Below, in pieces: positions 37,353 through 52,080 of a DNA stretch of 64,000 nt (its first letter is position 1; each line of letters begins with the position of its first letter). Made by a program: the position numbers and the translations under genes. The notes under the pieces are model-generated. The model was not told where the DNA came from. It ran no database searches and worked only from the letters and a program-made list of their open reading frames with translations. The stretch is from Octopus sinensis. Its lineage: Eukaryota. The stretch covers positions 40,920,001 to 40,984,000 of the forward strand of contig NC_043008.1 in NCBI RefSeq assembly GCF_006345805.1, written 5' to 3'.

Positions 37353-39324
37353 CATACATATTTGTAAATATATATATCTACATATATAGAGAGATAGATA
37401 CATATATACATACGTACATACAAACGTACATGCATACATACATACATACATACATACATACATACATACATACATACATACATACATACATACATACATA
37501 CACTAGTTGAATTATATTTGTGACATATTTCAGCTGCTAAAATGCAAACATCCTGCAGTTGAAATATGCCACAGACATATTTTAACTAACACGAATTTCG
37601 CTCCTGCCTAAACACAGCTCAGCTAACATTTCATTATATATGTGTGTATATATATATGTGCTTGTGCGTGTGTGTGCGCGCGCGTGTGTATGTATGTATG
37701 TAAGTATGTATGCATATAAATGCTCACACGCGCAGTTGCATATGCATGTGTGTGAGTGTATGTGTGTGTGTGTGTGTGTGTTTGCGTGTGTCTGTAGTGG
37801 AAATGAAAGGCAGCATTGTTCGATCGCATTACCTGAAACAAACCACAAACAATAATTTCAGGTTGTCTGTTTCGAAGTATATCATGTGCGATGAAGAAAA
37901 GAGAAATGAAATTAAGAACAAAGGATATAGATTTCGGCAAAATGGCCCAGGTGTATAGGATATTTTATAGAATTCTATGTCTTGTGTCATCATGCAAGGT
38001 CTTCAAAGAGCTCTCAGCGAATAACAACAGTGTACTACTGAACGTGAAGTTAGTGTCTAACAGTATTTTTTTAGATATATATTTATTTGTTTGTTTTGAT
38101 CGTCGATTCTTATATATCGTATTTTGTTGTGTCACAACTTCTGGAGTTATTTTAATTCCTAGGTGTCAACGCACATACGCCATGTATCCACTCCTGTCAG
38201 TTACAGATATAGAGGTATACACATTATTTTTAGTAATGAGATAAATACATGAACATTCGTATAACTGTTGCATGACTATGTCAGTGCAATATATAATGTG
38301 AATGCGACTGTTTTATCATATATATATATATATATAATATATATATATATATATACTATACATATACATATTTGTAAATATATATATCTACATATATAGA
38401 GAGATAGATACATATATACATACGTACATACAAACGTACATGCATACATACATACATACATACATACATACATACATACATACATACATACATACATACA
38501 TACATACATACACTAGTTGAATTATATTTGTGACATATTTCAGCTGCTAAAATGCAAACATCCTGCAGTTGAAATATGCCACAGACATATTTTAACTAAC
38601 ACGAATTTCGCTCCTGCCTAAACACAGCTCAGCTAACATTTCATTATATATGTGTGTATATATATATGTGCTTGTGCGTGTGTGTGCGCGCGCGTGTGTA
38701 TGTATGTATGTAAGTATGTATGCATATAAATGCTCACACGCGCAGTTGCATATGCATGTGTGTGAGTGTATGTGTGTGTGTGTGTGTGTGTTTGCGTGTG
38801 TCTGTAGTGGAAATGAAAGGCAGCATTGTTCGATCGCATTACCTGAAACAAACCACAAACAATAATTTCAGGTTGTCTGTTTCGAAGTATATCATGTGCG
38901 ATGAAGAAAAGAGAAATGAAATTAAGAACAAAGGATATAGATTTCGGCAAAATGGCCCAGGTGTATAGGATATTTTATAGAATTCTATGTCTTGTGTCAT
39001 CATGCAAGGTCTTCAAAGAGCTCTCAGCGAATAACAACAGTGTACTACTGAACGTGAAGTTAGTGTCTAACAGCATTTTTTTAGATATATATTTATTTGT
39101 TTGTTTTGATCGTCGATTCTTATATATCGTATTTTGTTGTGTCACAACTTCTGGAGTTATTTTAATTCCTAGGTGTCAACGCACATACGCCATGTATCCA
39201 CTCCTGTCAGTTACAGATATAGAGGTATACACATTATTTTTAGTAATGAGATAAATACATGAACATTCGTATAACTGTTGCATGACTATGTCAGTGCAAT
39301 ATATAATGTGAATGCGACTGTTTT

Positions 39325-39350
<26 letters not shown>
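37341..39350. repeat. Near-identical tandem duplication, unit 1010 bp
   Basis: ORF-track entries repeat identically at +1010; one substitution seen (AACAGT vs AACAGC, ~38064/39074); (AT)n at the boundaries. Confidence 0.95.
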
Positions 39351-39386
<36 letters not shown>

Positions 39387-39818
39387 CGTGTGTGTGTGTA
39401 ATATGTGACAATTATTCGGTAGCCATGATAAAACTCAATTTTTCAAGTGAGGATGGATGAATGTATGCGCACGCAAGTGGGTGTGCGGGCGCACATGTGT
39501 GGGTATGAACAGTACGAACGCGCTTACTATGAGATTTTTATCCCCCTTACTTAGCGGTCATTCAAATAGTTCTTTTGTCTTAATAACTGTCAATCACACA
39601 GTAATTTGCCTTTGTATTACTGTCATTTTTCATAGCATTTTTTCTTATGGCCGGATAACTGAAGAGATGGCGGCGTGGATTTCCACCTCGGCATCTGAAA
39701 CACAGAGTTTTATCATGGTTACCGAATAATTGCCACATATTACATTTACAGATAAATTCCTCTATTTGCATAGTATTGACGTCTCTTTCTTTCTTTTCTT
39801 ATCCTACCGTTTTTATCA

Positions 39819-39880
<62 letters not shown>

Positions 39881-39885
39881 GAATA

Positions 39886-40093
39886 CAGTAAGCCCTCGCC
39901 ATATCGCGGTTCAACTACTGCAGTTCACCTATCGCAGTTTATTATTTATGCTTACGTGTTTCCTCCTTGGAGTTGTTTTGCTTTTATAATAAAATAAATA
40001 TATACAAATTATAAATACTAAATACAATATATAGTACCGTACTGTTTCTACTTCGCGGGTTAATTTGGAACTGCGATTATCGAAGCTTTGCTG
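39886..40093. mobile_element. Tc1/pogo-type non-autonomous element, diverged
   Basis: TA-CAGTAAGCCCTCGCCATATCGC ... GCGATTATCGAAGCTTTGCTG-TA; imperfect TIRs, TA flanks. Confidence 0.55.
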
Positions 40094-40337
40094 TAATATG
40101 AAATGATACTGAAACGAGAGTGTTGTCTGCGTGCTTATAGATGGACGTGCCTCACTGTTTGTTATATTTCGCTGGGAAACCATTTGTGGGTGTGTGCATG
40201 CGATGACAATCTCCCCGTGTAAATGTGTCACGTACATTAAACAAAGCATGGTACTAAAATATGTTTCTTAGTTGACCGTGCCTATTTAGAGAGCCTGCAT
40301 TGGCATGCGTGTATCTGGAACGTTATGCTGAGAAAGC

Positions 40338-40408
<71 letters not shown>

Positions 40409-40558
40409 ATATATATATATATATAAAAGTAGCCATATTATAAGAAGCAATAACAAGTATTCGCCACTGAACATGTATATACACGCACATGTTTATATAT
40501 TCGTCTGTATATGAGTACATAGCTATATATGTATATAAGTGCATATGTGCATCTAAAT

Positions 40559-40595
<37 letters not shown>

Positions 40596-40669
40596 CATAC
40601 ACAAGAAAATATATATATGTAGATGCATATGTGTATATATATATATACATACATATATATGTATATATA

Positions 40670-40737
<68 letters not shown>

Positions 40738-42599
40738 GCAACCACACACAAGCACATTCGTATGTGCATACATGCATGTACATTTTAATACATACACGCA
40801 TATTTACGTAGATACATAAATTGTATTATCTTCGACTTTTGAGAAATTTAATGTGTGTGACTTTTGATATATCGTTATATACATTGCCTATAACCATTAA
40901 ATATGGCTTTATGCGTCTTCAAATCCATTATGTGTTGGCCACATCTTTATAGCCACCTAAACCTAGCATATATCTCTGTAACTGACTTATTTCGTACAAT
41001 CGCACTTCAGTTGTGTACACATATACACACGCAATATTTATTCATAATGTATAACCTCCGATTCCGATTATAGCCGATTAAGTGAAAATGAGTTATTGCA
41101 GTTATCATAAATATTTGCAGAAAAATCTGCTTGTAAAATGGTTTGACATTTCCAGCAGGAAAACTAAACAGCACCGCGGCTATTTAGAGAATTCTGGCAT
41201 ACTATTTCACCTCGTTTCCCTTATCTACTGAATTCTACAGAAATTTTGTTTCCAACTCCAGGAAAGACAAACTATGTATTGTTTCAAAATTAAAACACGA
41301 AATAAAAGTTGCCGTTTGGTGTTATTTCTTGAGTTATGACAAAAAAAAAAACGATGTTTCTTAAAGTTGTAAGAGAAGTGCATTCATGTATGATATTTGT
41401 CTTTTTTGCAGAAAGCCCACTAGCCTTTGTACATTTTACCTCAAGAGTTTGTGAATTTCGATTGTATATTCTGCATTATTGCCAGGTACCATTAAGCTAC
41501 TATTTTGCATTTTGCCGAAAACTTTGTGAATATAACAGACATTGTGTGATTGTGTGTTCCTGCTTTTCATTCACTGTTGTCTCTTGAGATATTGCTATTT
41601 TATTATCACTTGGAAAGCGCAGAAGGTATTTAAAAATATATTTATATCAGGTGTTGCAACTTTAACAAAATGCAAATCATATAAGTGATTTAAATCATCA
41701 TTAATAAGTAGTTTCGTTGAATAATTGCGACCCTGCGCCCGATTGATCAAATGAAAACTCTAAGTATAGCGTTTATTGTTTTCATTTTATCGCATATTTT
41801 ATATCATTTATTACTTTGCATGCAATTAAGAAATTATTTCATGCTTTAAATTCTGTATATATTACGAAATTGTTGTAAAACTTTTGCTTATAAAGACACG
41901 AAAGTTAATGAATATTATACACATACCATACATAAAATATAAAGAGAAATAAGTTGAAGAAAATTTGCTATTACATATGCATATATAAAAGAACATAAAT
42001 AAAAATAAAATTCTAACGAAACTTTAAAACAAAATGTTGGATTATTTATCAGAAAACAACCTACTTTACGTCAATATATTCAATATTTAACTTTCGGAAT
42101 GTATATTGTTTTATTTTGTAATTATAATTCATAACACTATATAAAATAAATTAGTATTGATGTTAAAAGAATAATCATAACAGTATTCAATTTTAGTTGC
42201 TATATGGGTAGGTGTGGGTCTCTGTGTGTATCTCTGTGTGTGTGTGTGTGTGTATGTGTGTGTGTGTGTATTCAAATCATCTTCCTAAGTTTTACATTCT
42301 GCTTGTTTATATTTGTCTCGCTGACTGATATTTTGAGAAAAATAAAAATCAAACAAATTAAAATATTTCTATTTAGATTTTGTTTCTATGAAATCCATTG
42401 TCATTTTTATCTTCAGTGTCATTTTAATTGTTTCGAACAATTTAATTTCCACACATTTATTGATATATTTAAGTTTTTAATTAACAACAATATTTGGTAA
42501 ACATTGTAAAAATCAATATAGAAAGCAATTGATGATACATAGAAAATGTTTAGAAGGAATTATTTGCTGTTAACATTATTATGATCAACTTTCTCATTT

Positions 42600-42602
42600 T
42601 TG

Positions 42603-42654
<52 letters not shown>

Positions 42655-42656
42655 GA

Positions 42657-42726
<70 letters not shown>

Positions 42727-42824
42727 GATCATTATTATTATGATTATGATTATCATTATTATTATTATTATGATTATGATTATTATTATTATTATTGTTG
42801 TTGTTATTATTATTATTATTATTA

Positions 42825-42858
<34 letters not shown>

Positions 42859-42870
42859 CCTCATCATTAA
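42600..42870. repeat. (TTA)n microsatellite
   Basis: Directly visible. Confidence 0.97.
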
Positions 42871-44180
42871 TATTGTTGTTGTCACTGCCGTTGATTCTAT
42901 TGTTATTCTTGTGGTTGTCAATATATTGTTACAGAGATCCCTCAAATTGCTCGTATATTTTGTTTTTAAAGCATTTTCATCTGTGCCGTTCCCAAACTCA
43001 CCACGGTCCTGAGAAAAGTTCAGTTACGTTTTATAATTCAATATGCGGCACACTGTATATTACTTTTCTTTCCGAAGATTATTCATATAAAAGTAAATCT
43101 AAATGTTCTGTAGGATATCTGACAGACGTAAATGGCACTTGAACCACCGTTTTTGTCGTTTTCTCGTAAATTTTAAACGACAGTATTACCACAAACCTCA
43201 AGGTAACTGATCTAAGTTTCAGGAATGGCAAAACTACGATTATAGCAAAATGAGAGAAGGAAAGGCTAAAACGATATTACCAATTTTTACCAGTTCCACA
43301 ACAACTCTTCGAATCAGTAACTGATAGAAGCAACAAAAATTATAGTCGCAAGAATATTCATGGAAATAAGGACACCAATACTAACAATAATAAAAACAAC
43401 AAAATATATTTTTTCATTATGAGAATAGTGGCAATATAAAATATACAAACACTAACAGCATCATATCTTCTTGTCCCGCCAACGCAGCCCGTGCACGACC
43501 ACTGTGATAAAGGTCTCGAGACACATCTGGGCGCCGATGAAAATCAACTGACAGGCTATTTATGAAAGACATTGGAGCAAGGAATTATGTAGGATTTCCA
43601 TAAATAGTTGACCTGGCTGCGACACTGGAGAGGAAAGCCTGTTCGCGATACAGGGATAGAAATGTTGTAACCCTGGCTTGTCTAGCATACATGGAGAACG
43701 ACGAAACTGTCCTGCCAAGGAATTGTTGACTCATGGACTTATCGAACACCCACTTTCAAATCTAGGCCAGATCCAGCAGTCAGTTGTGACGAACATCACC
43801 CTACCTTCTTTTAACCTGAAGAAAAATACTTTGAGTGGAGGATGTCATTATAAAAATTGTGAAATGCCTTCTCTTTTGGCAGCGTTTCACCAAATTCATT
43901 TAAGAAAGGAGAGGGTGGAGACTTTTGAAATGTGGATGTGACTGAAAACTATGATCCTATGCAAGAGGACTGTCCTACTATACGATTGTGATTTGTAAAA
44001 TAATGTGTGGAAAGGATATTTGGTTTAATGTGAGCGTATTTTGGGGAGTTACCAAGAACAGCCTTCAGTTGTTTTCCCTTCTGAGACAATTATTTTTTGT
44101 TTTGTGGAGGTCAGATGAAAAAACATGTTATTGGGTAGAGACTTGTTACTCTCTCTCTCTCTCTCTCTCTCTTTCTTTCT

Positions 44181-44555
44181 CTTACCTGTTTCAGTCATTT
44201 GACTGTGGCCATGCTGAAGCACCGCCAGGACTTATTCTTTGCAAGCCTAGTACTTATTCTATCGGTCTCTTTTGCCGAACTACTATGTTACGGAGACGTA
44301 AACCCACCAGCATCGGTTGTCAAGCGATGTTGAGTGGACAAACACAGACACACAAACATATACACACACATACATATACATATACATATATACGACGGGC
44401 GTCTTTCAGTTTCCGTCTACCAAATCCACTCACATGGCATTGGTCGGCCCGAGGATATAGCAGGAGGCACTTGCCCAAGGTGCAACGAAGTGGGACTGAA
44501 CCCGGAGCCATGTGGTTGATAAGTAAGCTACTTATCACACAGCCACTCCTACGCC
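44181..44555 (-). mobile_element. Composite tRNA-derived SINE (octopus OK/OR-like)
   Basis: Minus-strand head GGCGTAGGAGTGGCTGTGTGATAAG...GGGTTCAGTCCC, central (CA/TA) microsatellite, tail CAGCATGGCCACAGTCAAATGACTGAAAC. Confidence 0.9.
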
Positions 44556-45071
44556 CAACAATAACCTAAAATGTTCCGGAAATGAACTGCACTGTGGATC
44601 CAACAGAGCAATTACATTCTTTGTGCGTGGCATGATTGTTGACTGCAGGAGAAGAAAAGCAATTTGGTTTTGGTGGGGAGAGAGCAGTCACTCAAAAGAA
44701 TTTGAGAAATCCACGAAGGTAAACAATTCTGAAATTCATGAATATGGAATAATGGTATACTTGTGGGATAAACAGTAACTTCTGATAAATCCATAACAAA
44801 CATAAATTTAGGACGATATTTGTTACGTTGTCAGAAATTACTTTCCAGAAAGAAACTACTGCCTATTTTGATGAAGACCATTCGAAAGACAAATAAGTCT
44901 CACATACAGTCAGGATGAATTCGGGTGCCTACTTCTTTGAAAACTCCCACTTTACCTTTCAAATATATGAATACAATATCTGCCCTAGGAAAATGTTCAG
45001 TTGTTCAATATTCTATGAAAAACATCTACGCGTGGCATGTTTATTTTATTAGCTGCTCTCCTGAATCATAC

Positions 45072-45108
<37 letters not shown>

Positions 45109-45429
45109 ATCTCTTCCAAAATTTATATGCTCACAAACGTCTTATGTAAATGTCATCATCCAGTATGAAATGCATGTCAATGTTCTATTTCTTAATTATT
45201 TACTTGAAAATACGTGCGTTCATATATTGCTTATGAAAATATTGTCGTTTGTCATAATAATTCACATGACTGTTGGCATGTTAGCTGTTTCTCTTGGCAG
45301 TATCACCAAACACATACTGCCTCTGATGTCAATTTGTCACTTCATATTTATTCTTGTTATTTTCGTTGTTTTATGCTTGTATCACCAGTGCTTTCTGTCA
45401 ACGTTAAATCTTCTGTTCTCCGGGCAACA

Positions 45430-45492
<63 letters not shown>

Positions 45493-45616
45493 CATTTCCT
45501 TTCTTCTCATCAGCATTTTTCTGTGTTATTACAATTATGAGAATTATTTCCTACTCTCACGACTGCAGCAAGCTTCAAAAGTGTACAGTCTGTTCCAAAT
45601 ATGTTTACATTAAAAT

Positions 45617-45895
45617 GGGAAGGCGCATGACTCGGTGGTCAGATCGTTCGGCTCACAATCACGAAGTATTGACTTCCATTCCCGGACCGGGCTATGTTGG
45701 GCTTTTGAGCGAGACATTATATTTTACTTTTATCCAGTTCACTCAAGTGTAGAAATGGGTTGCGTCTTCACGAAAGCGTCGGTGTTGTGGAAAGCGACTG
45801 TTAATCTTCAATGAACAACCTAGCCCGGACTTGTACCTCGTAGTATAACTTTCTAGGTGCAATCTCATGGCTCTTCATGATCAAAGGGGTTATTT
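45617..45895 (+). mobile_element. Diverged tRNA-derived SINE (same family as 34165-34634)
   Basis: GGAAGGCGCATGACTCGGTGG head, TTGAGCGAGACA, tail GCCCGGACTTGTACCTC...CTAGGTGCAATC. Confidence 0.85.
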
Positions 45896-46029
45896 ACACT
45901 TAACCATATACTAAAGTTTGATAGTATATTAAAATTCAAGTGTTCAATATATCACAGATAGAATGATATAAAATAAATGCAATATATAATCCATCAATTG
46001 CATTGACATTGTCTATAATAGTGTAGTCG

Positions 46030-47330
46030 ACTGTGTTTGTGTTTTCTCATGATTTTACTGTTGTTTCTGTTACATTTTTTCTATGGTTAGTTTCACGTCT
46101 GTGTAATCCTTCTGTCGTTACTATTTTCATGAATCTTATCCCTGATTTCTGTTACTGTTGCTTATATGTTGAGATTAACGATTTGTTCGCGAATTTTGCC
46201 GTCTTTTATTCTGGTTATGATAGCAGTTTTACTACTGAAGATGTGGATGAATTACTCTTTGAGATAAAGCACACCGGTTTTAAAAAAACTCCCATAGACT
46301 TTTCTGTTTTTTTTAGAGGAGTGTCACTTATTTAAATTCGCTTACCTTTTCAGTGAACGACCAAGAATTCGAGTTGAAGAGCAACATAATGTATATCCTC
46401 GTGTGTTTCTGCGTTTGCGATTGTGTGTCCCTGAGGGTATGCAAAATCTAGTGATGCTGGAAGGTTTCTTTTCGATAATGCCTTCTATTTTCTTCACGTC
46501 AGGCTATGTTGCTGTTTACATGGTTGTTGCAATATTTGCTTTTACCGACACTGTTGATGTGATTTTTTGTCATAGATTCAGCTTCTGATTTTAATGTTGA
46601 AAATATGGCTGACATTATTATTGCTAGTTCTGGAATAACACATTTATTGTTCCTGCTGTTAACTGCTGTCAGATTAATTCCTGGGAAGCTGGACGGAGGG
46701 ACAGGTTAAATTTCTCATTGTCTGGTTTGGTTCGAATACCCAGGTAGAGAAGAACTGAGACGAGGTGACAAGCAGGCCAACTTTATTCAAAAATGTTCCG
46801 TGAAATCTATTGCTGAGAGGTCGCTACAAATGAAAATTGCTTACATTGCCACCGTTATGCATTGCCGCCTGACCATCGTGGCTTGCCCCAGTTCACGTCT
46901 GACGAAAATGAAAAGCAGATTTTTGCTTCTTTCTGTGGATCGGATGCGTTCCACTGGTCAGGCGCTTCATTTTCTGTTCACACCCACTGAATTGAAAACT
47001 GGGCATTCCGTAGCAGATGTGCAGACATCCGCTGAAGATACATCTCCAGTGATTCCTTGCCGGAGAGAAAGTGTTGTCGCCACTTGTCAGACGTGATATT
47101 TTACAGCTTGTCTCGTTGACTGAGCTGCAGTCCTGAATCAAGCAAAAGCTGAGGCAGGGGGACTTGAAAAGGAAAATTATAACCGAGAAAAAAGTGCTGC
47201 TTCACAGCAATTTAGTAAAAAGATAGGTGAATCAGACTACTCTAAACAGGCAGCTGTAGGTAGAAGGGAAAGGGGCACTTGCCCTACTGGTTAGGTTGAC
47301 CGTCGCTTTTTCGGGTCACGATTATCTGAG
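46030..47330 (-). pseudogene. Decayed coding-like region, possibly CR1-type LINE ORF1
   Basis: Broken minus frames: Cys/His-containing peptide (46893-47141) and IEGIIEKKPSSITRF...RILGRSLK; no diagnostic motif intact. Confidence 0.25.
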
Positions 47331-47504
47331 ATAGGTAGCAATCAGTCACTTCTGCTATCATTCCTAGGTCACATATTTGCAACGGGTATTGTTTAGTCTT
47401 GATCTTCCACATTTTGCCAGTTTCTGTTTCAACGTCTTTATATTTGCTCAATTTTATGTCGATTGCGACAGAGATATTGATTAGTTATTTTATTATTATT
47501 ATCA

Positions 47505-48060
47505 CTAGTATCCCCGTGCCATCACAAATGACGGCATGAAAATTATTCAGAAAATAAAATTAAAAGAAAAGCATTACAACCTTGCTCTCAGTATTTGCTT
47601 CAACACCATGTTTCAAGTGAAAAACATACCAGCAATGAGTTCGCCTTGGCTTGGATGGTCCGTTTCAATATTAATTAACTCTTCCATTAACTCGATATTC
47701 TCTCTCTTCGATTTCGCTCATTTGTGCTGCTTTCTCTTCCGTTTCATCTTCTCGCCTTTGCGATGCTCTCGTTCTTAGATATTCTCCCCTCACTGCTGCT
47801 TGCTCTTCTGTTTCATTTTATTGCTTTTGTGCTGCCTTATCTCTTTGAATATCTCTCCTTTGTGCAATTATGTGCTCTTTCCATTCTGACATCTTCGAGA
47901 CATTTCTTCTTGCGTCCTGCACTCGTCTCTCTTGTCTCAATTCTTGTTATTGATTTAATAACCTTAATGTATTGTTTATTCTTCTGGCGTCCAGTTCTTC
48001 CTGGGTGAGACTGGCTGTTCTTCGCCTTAGTCTCTCTCTCTGGCTAACCGTCCATTCCTG
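47505..48060 (-). mobile_element. Helitron 3' end with R/E-rich coding remnant
   Basis: Minus-strand hairpin TGCCGTCA-TTTG-TGATGGCA (47517-47536) then CTAG (47505-47508); upstream frame GRLARERLRRRTASLTQEELDARR resembles RepHel N-terminal repeats. Confidence 0.7.
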
Positions 48061-48292
48061 TCTGATTCATTTCCATAGCAAGTAGAGGAATATATTTCAT
48101 ACAACGGGACATAAACTTCAAAACAAATCAGTGTATTTGTGTAATATGTGTGTGTGTGTACTTCAGTTTGCTTATATATCTATACGTAACCATACAAAGT
48201 CTAAAATTACACAGGATTACATTAATGGCATACACAGTGATACTTTTTTCCAGCAATGTCTACACATTCTCTATCTTTGTCTGTCTGTCTCA

Positions 48293-48340
<48 letters not shown>

Positions 48341-48765
48341 CTATCGCTTTACCCCCTGAAATTGAAAAAGATCTTTAAGACAAACTTCACCACCTTCACA
48401 AAGTTCTTCTTTTACAAATAATTGAAAACAACACTGTATCGGCAAGTATTTGTAAATATTTATAATCACCTTCCTTTTATATTAAGCTATCTGCAAACAG
48501 ACAATATTATCAAGTTTTCTTTCAATAGACAATATTTTTATTTTATGACTGAAAATTTACTACTTACTTACTTATTTTATATTCTATTAACTTTGCAACT
48601 TTTTAAGCAGGAAAATCTTCCAGAATAGTCAAACATCCATAGAGATTCAGAAAAAAATAATTTGGAGGTGCAAAAATCTTATTTACTTATCTTGTATATT
48701 GTTTTTGATATATACCAGAAAGAAAAACAAATCAGCGTTCATCGAATAAAAATGAAAATGTTGTT

Positions 48766-48796
<31 letters not shown>

Positions 48797-49029
48797 CGTG
48801 TGTGAGAGAGAGTGTGTGTGAGCGTTTATAGATAAATTGAGAGAGTGTGAGAACAAGAGAGAAACAGACTTCATCAATAAGGTGAAAATGTTTTTGTTGG
48901 GAGAGAGTGCGAGAGGCGCTGCTTGATGCCACTACCTCTCTCATTGTTATTACCATTTTCTCTCTTCTGTTTTTGCTATTACTAACACTGCTACTCCCTT
49001 ATTGCGTGATTTTGGAGAAACTTACAAAC

Positions 49030-49035
49030 ATGCTA

Positions 49036-49099
<64 letters not shown>

Positions 49100-49147
49100 T
49101 ATTATTATTGTTGTTGTTATTATTATTATTATTATATTATTATTATT

Positions 49148-49219
<72 letters not shown>

Positions 49220-49224
49220 GTTGT

Positions 49225-49311
<87 letters not shown>

Positions 49312-49330
49312 TATTATTATATTATTATTG

Positions 49331-49400
<70 letters not shown>

Positions 49401-49425
49401 TATATTATTATTGTTGTTATTATTA

Positions 49426-49462
<37 letters not shown>

Positions 49463-49476
49463 TATTATTATTATTA

Positions 49477-49518
<42 letters not shown>

Positions 49519-49526
49519 CATTATTA

Positions 49527-49557
<31 letters not shown>

Positions 49558-49613
49558 GTTGTTATTATTATTATTATTATTATTATTTATTATTATTATT
49601 ATTATTATTGTTG

Positions 49614-49659
<46 letters not shown>

Positions 49660-49661
49660 TA

Positions 49662-49698
<37 letters not shown>

Positions 49699-49734
49699 GT
49701 TGTTGTTATTATTATTATTATATTATTATTATTA

Positions 49735-49774
<40 letters not shown>

Positions 49775-49830
49775 TATTATTATTATTATATATTATCATT
49801 AATATTGTTTTTGTTGTTGTTGTTGTTGTG
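49030..49830. repeat. Very long interrupted (TTA)n array (~800 bp)
   Basis: Directly visible; generates the spurious 333/266/218-aa ORFs. Confidence 0.97.
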
Positions 49831-49849
49831 GATGTCGAGAGAGAGAGAG

Positions 49850-50345
49850 AGAGAGAGAGGGCAGGGTATGCCATCAAAGTGATACTGGGTAAAATATACG
49901 AAGCCTAATATACCCAGCATGACTACCTGCCTGATAAGGGTACACCAGTCATATGCATCACAACACAATATCATGATAAACAGCGCAGCTCATGACCTTG
50001 AAGATGGGGGCCCAATTAGAATTTTCTTCAAGACTAGTAGTCCACCCCGCATAAAGGGTTCCTGGATATCGGTTGCTTAAGGATGTTGAACCAAATACCC
50101 ATGTTTCTAAATGTAAATTATTCAAACTCCAAAGTATTCGTTTCACCCCACGTTCATGATGCTCACTACTTCTGTTAGTGACCAGAATGCATATATCGTC
50201 AGCCACCAAGTGATATGCTCATCTGGTTGAGATCCAACAACTGACAAGCAAATCTGTGGGACTGAGCCGAATATTTGTCGTAGCCCATCTTTCGCACCAA
50301 GAGAAAACACTTCAAATCAATCAAGATCGGAAAACATGAGTACCA
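49850..50345. mobile_element. ~500-bp TTA-associated element, copy 2 (more diverged)
   Basis: ATGCCATCAAAGTGATACTGGG...GATAAGGGTACAC...CAACTGACAAGCAAATCTGTGG aligns to 17242-17800. Confidence 0.85.
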
Positions 50346-50383
50346 GTGCATGGCAGAGCATCATCATCGCTTTATCATCATCG

Positions 50384-50438
<55 letters not shown>

Positions 50439-50494
50439 TATCATCATCATCATCATCATCAAAATCATCATCATCGTTATTGTTGTTGTTGTTA

Positions 50495-50544
<50 letters not shown>

Positions 50545-50562
50545 AATATTATTATTATTATT

Positions 50563-51096
50563 GAGTGAGAGAGCAGAGCATGCCATCAAAAGTAACACTA
50601 GGGTAAAATATACGAAGCTCATAATACCCATTATAAAAACCTGTGTGATAAGGGTACACTAGGCATATGCATCACAACAATATGTGCGCGACATGGTGAT
50701 CTCATATCAAGATAAACAGCGAATGACCCTGCAGGTGGGGTCCAGTTAGAATTTTCTTCTGGTCGAGTAGCCCATCGCGCTCAAAAGTTCCCTGAATAAG
50801 AATTGTTTATAAACCACCCGTGTTTATAAAGGTGAATTATCCAAACCTCTAAGAATTCCTTTCAATACATTGCTATGATGCTCCCCCACTACTTCTGGTC
50901 ATGATCACAGATTCACATATCGTCAGCCACTAAGGGACATGGTCAACTGGTCAAGATCAAACAACTGACAAGCAAATCTGTGGTATTGAGCAGAATATTT
51001 GCTGTAGACCATATTTTATACCAAGTCAAAACAACGTACAGGATGACACTTCCAATCAGTTAAGATCAGTAGCCATGAGAGACACTGTCTAGTACT
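50563..51096. mobile_element. ~530-bp TTA-associated element, copy 3
   Basis: GAGTGAGAGAGCAGAGCATGCCATCAAAAG...CTTCCAATCAGTTAAGATCAG; (TTA)n both sides. Confidence 0.88.
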
Positions 51097-51121
51097 TATT
51101 ATTGTTATTATCATCATCATT

Positions 51122-51183
<62 letters not shown>

Positions 51184-52022
51184 GTTTATATTTCCTGGAC
51201 TTATTGGAACTCTTGACGGCCGTGTTTCCATATAAAGCCATATTTGTGATGGTTTTCTTAAAGGAGAGCCACAACCCATAAATCATAATTCTTTCTAAGT
51301 TCAAAGAGAGAAAATGACTTTACAGTTTTTTTTCTTTGAATAGGTCTCATTTCAAGAACTCGCAAGTGCACATACTTCATACTTTAATTTCTAAAAATAG
51401 CTTCATTACACAATTGATTATAACTTGTCAAAGAACAGCGAAGCCAATACGTGACTGTTCAGTCTATTAGAAATATATTTGATATCTCCCGCATATTGAG
51501 CTTTGCCGTCTTAAATAGGTGAGGAGGTCACATTGCACAACATACGTTTTAAATAAACAGTGTCTGGGTAAAAGCGTTGCGATGAAAAAGCAGTAAGGTA
51601 AGTTATGATCTAGGGTTATCCAACAATAAAGCACCACCGTATGAACTAGTAATATTTCGATTCATAGGAGACAAGTCCTTATTTTACAATAGAACAATGT
51701 ATCGGCAGCAGAAGAATTGTAGTTTCATTGTTATACAAATGTATACGTAAAAAAAAACTAACACACACATATGTATTATATCAGTATATAACAAATTTTA
51801 TTTCTTTCAATGCAAGATTCTATATTTCATTTCATGTATGATACCTTTGAACTGAATATTTTATGTGCTTTTTTTTTTCATATAATTTCTTCTAGAATCT
51901 TCTGTTCCTACTTTATCTGAGCTGTCCTTTTTTCTACGTATTTTATCATGATGGTTTTGTATTTTTCTCGCTACATATCACCGCATTTTTTATGTTGTTA
52001 ATTTATATTCTTATTGTATTAC

Positions 52023-52080
<58 letters not shown>

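Noticed and set aside
48907-49908. Longest ORF in the track (333 aa)
   Set aside because: Almost entirely (TTA)n; no coding complexity.
51182-51235. MFIFPGLIGTLDGRVSI resembling the Harbinger FPG.IGA.DG motif
   Set aside because: 17 aa followed by a stop, with no further PIF/Harbinger motifs.
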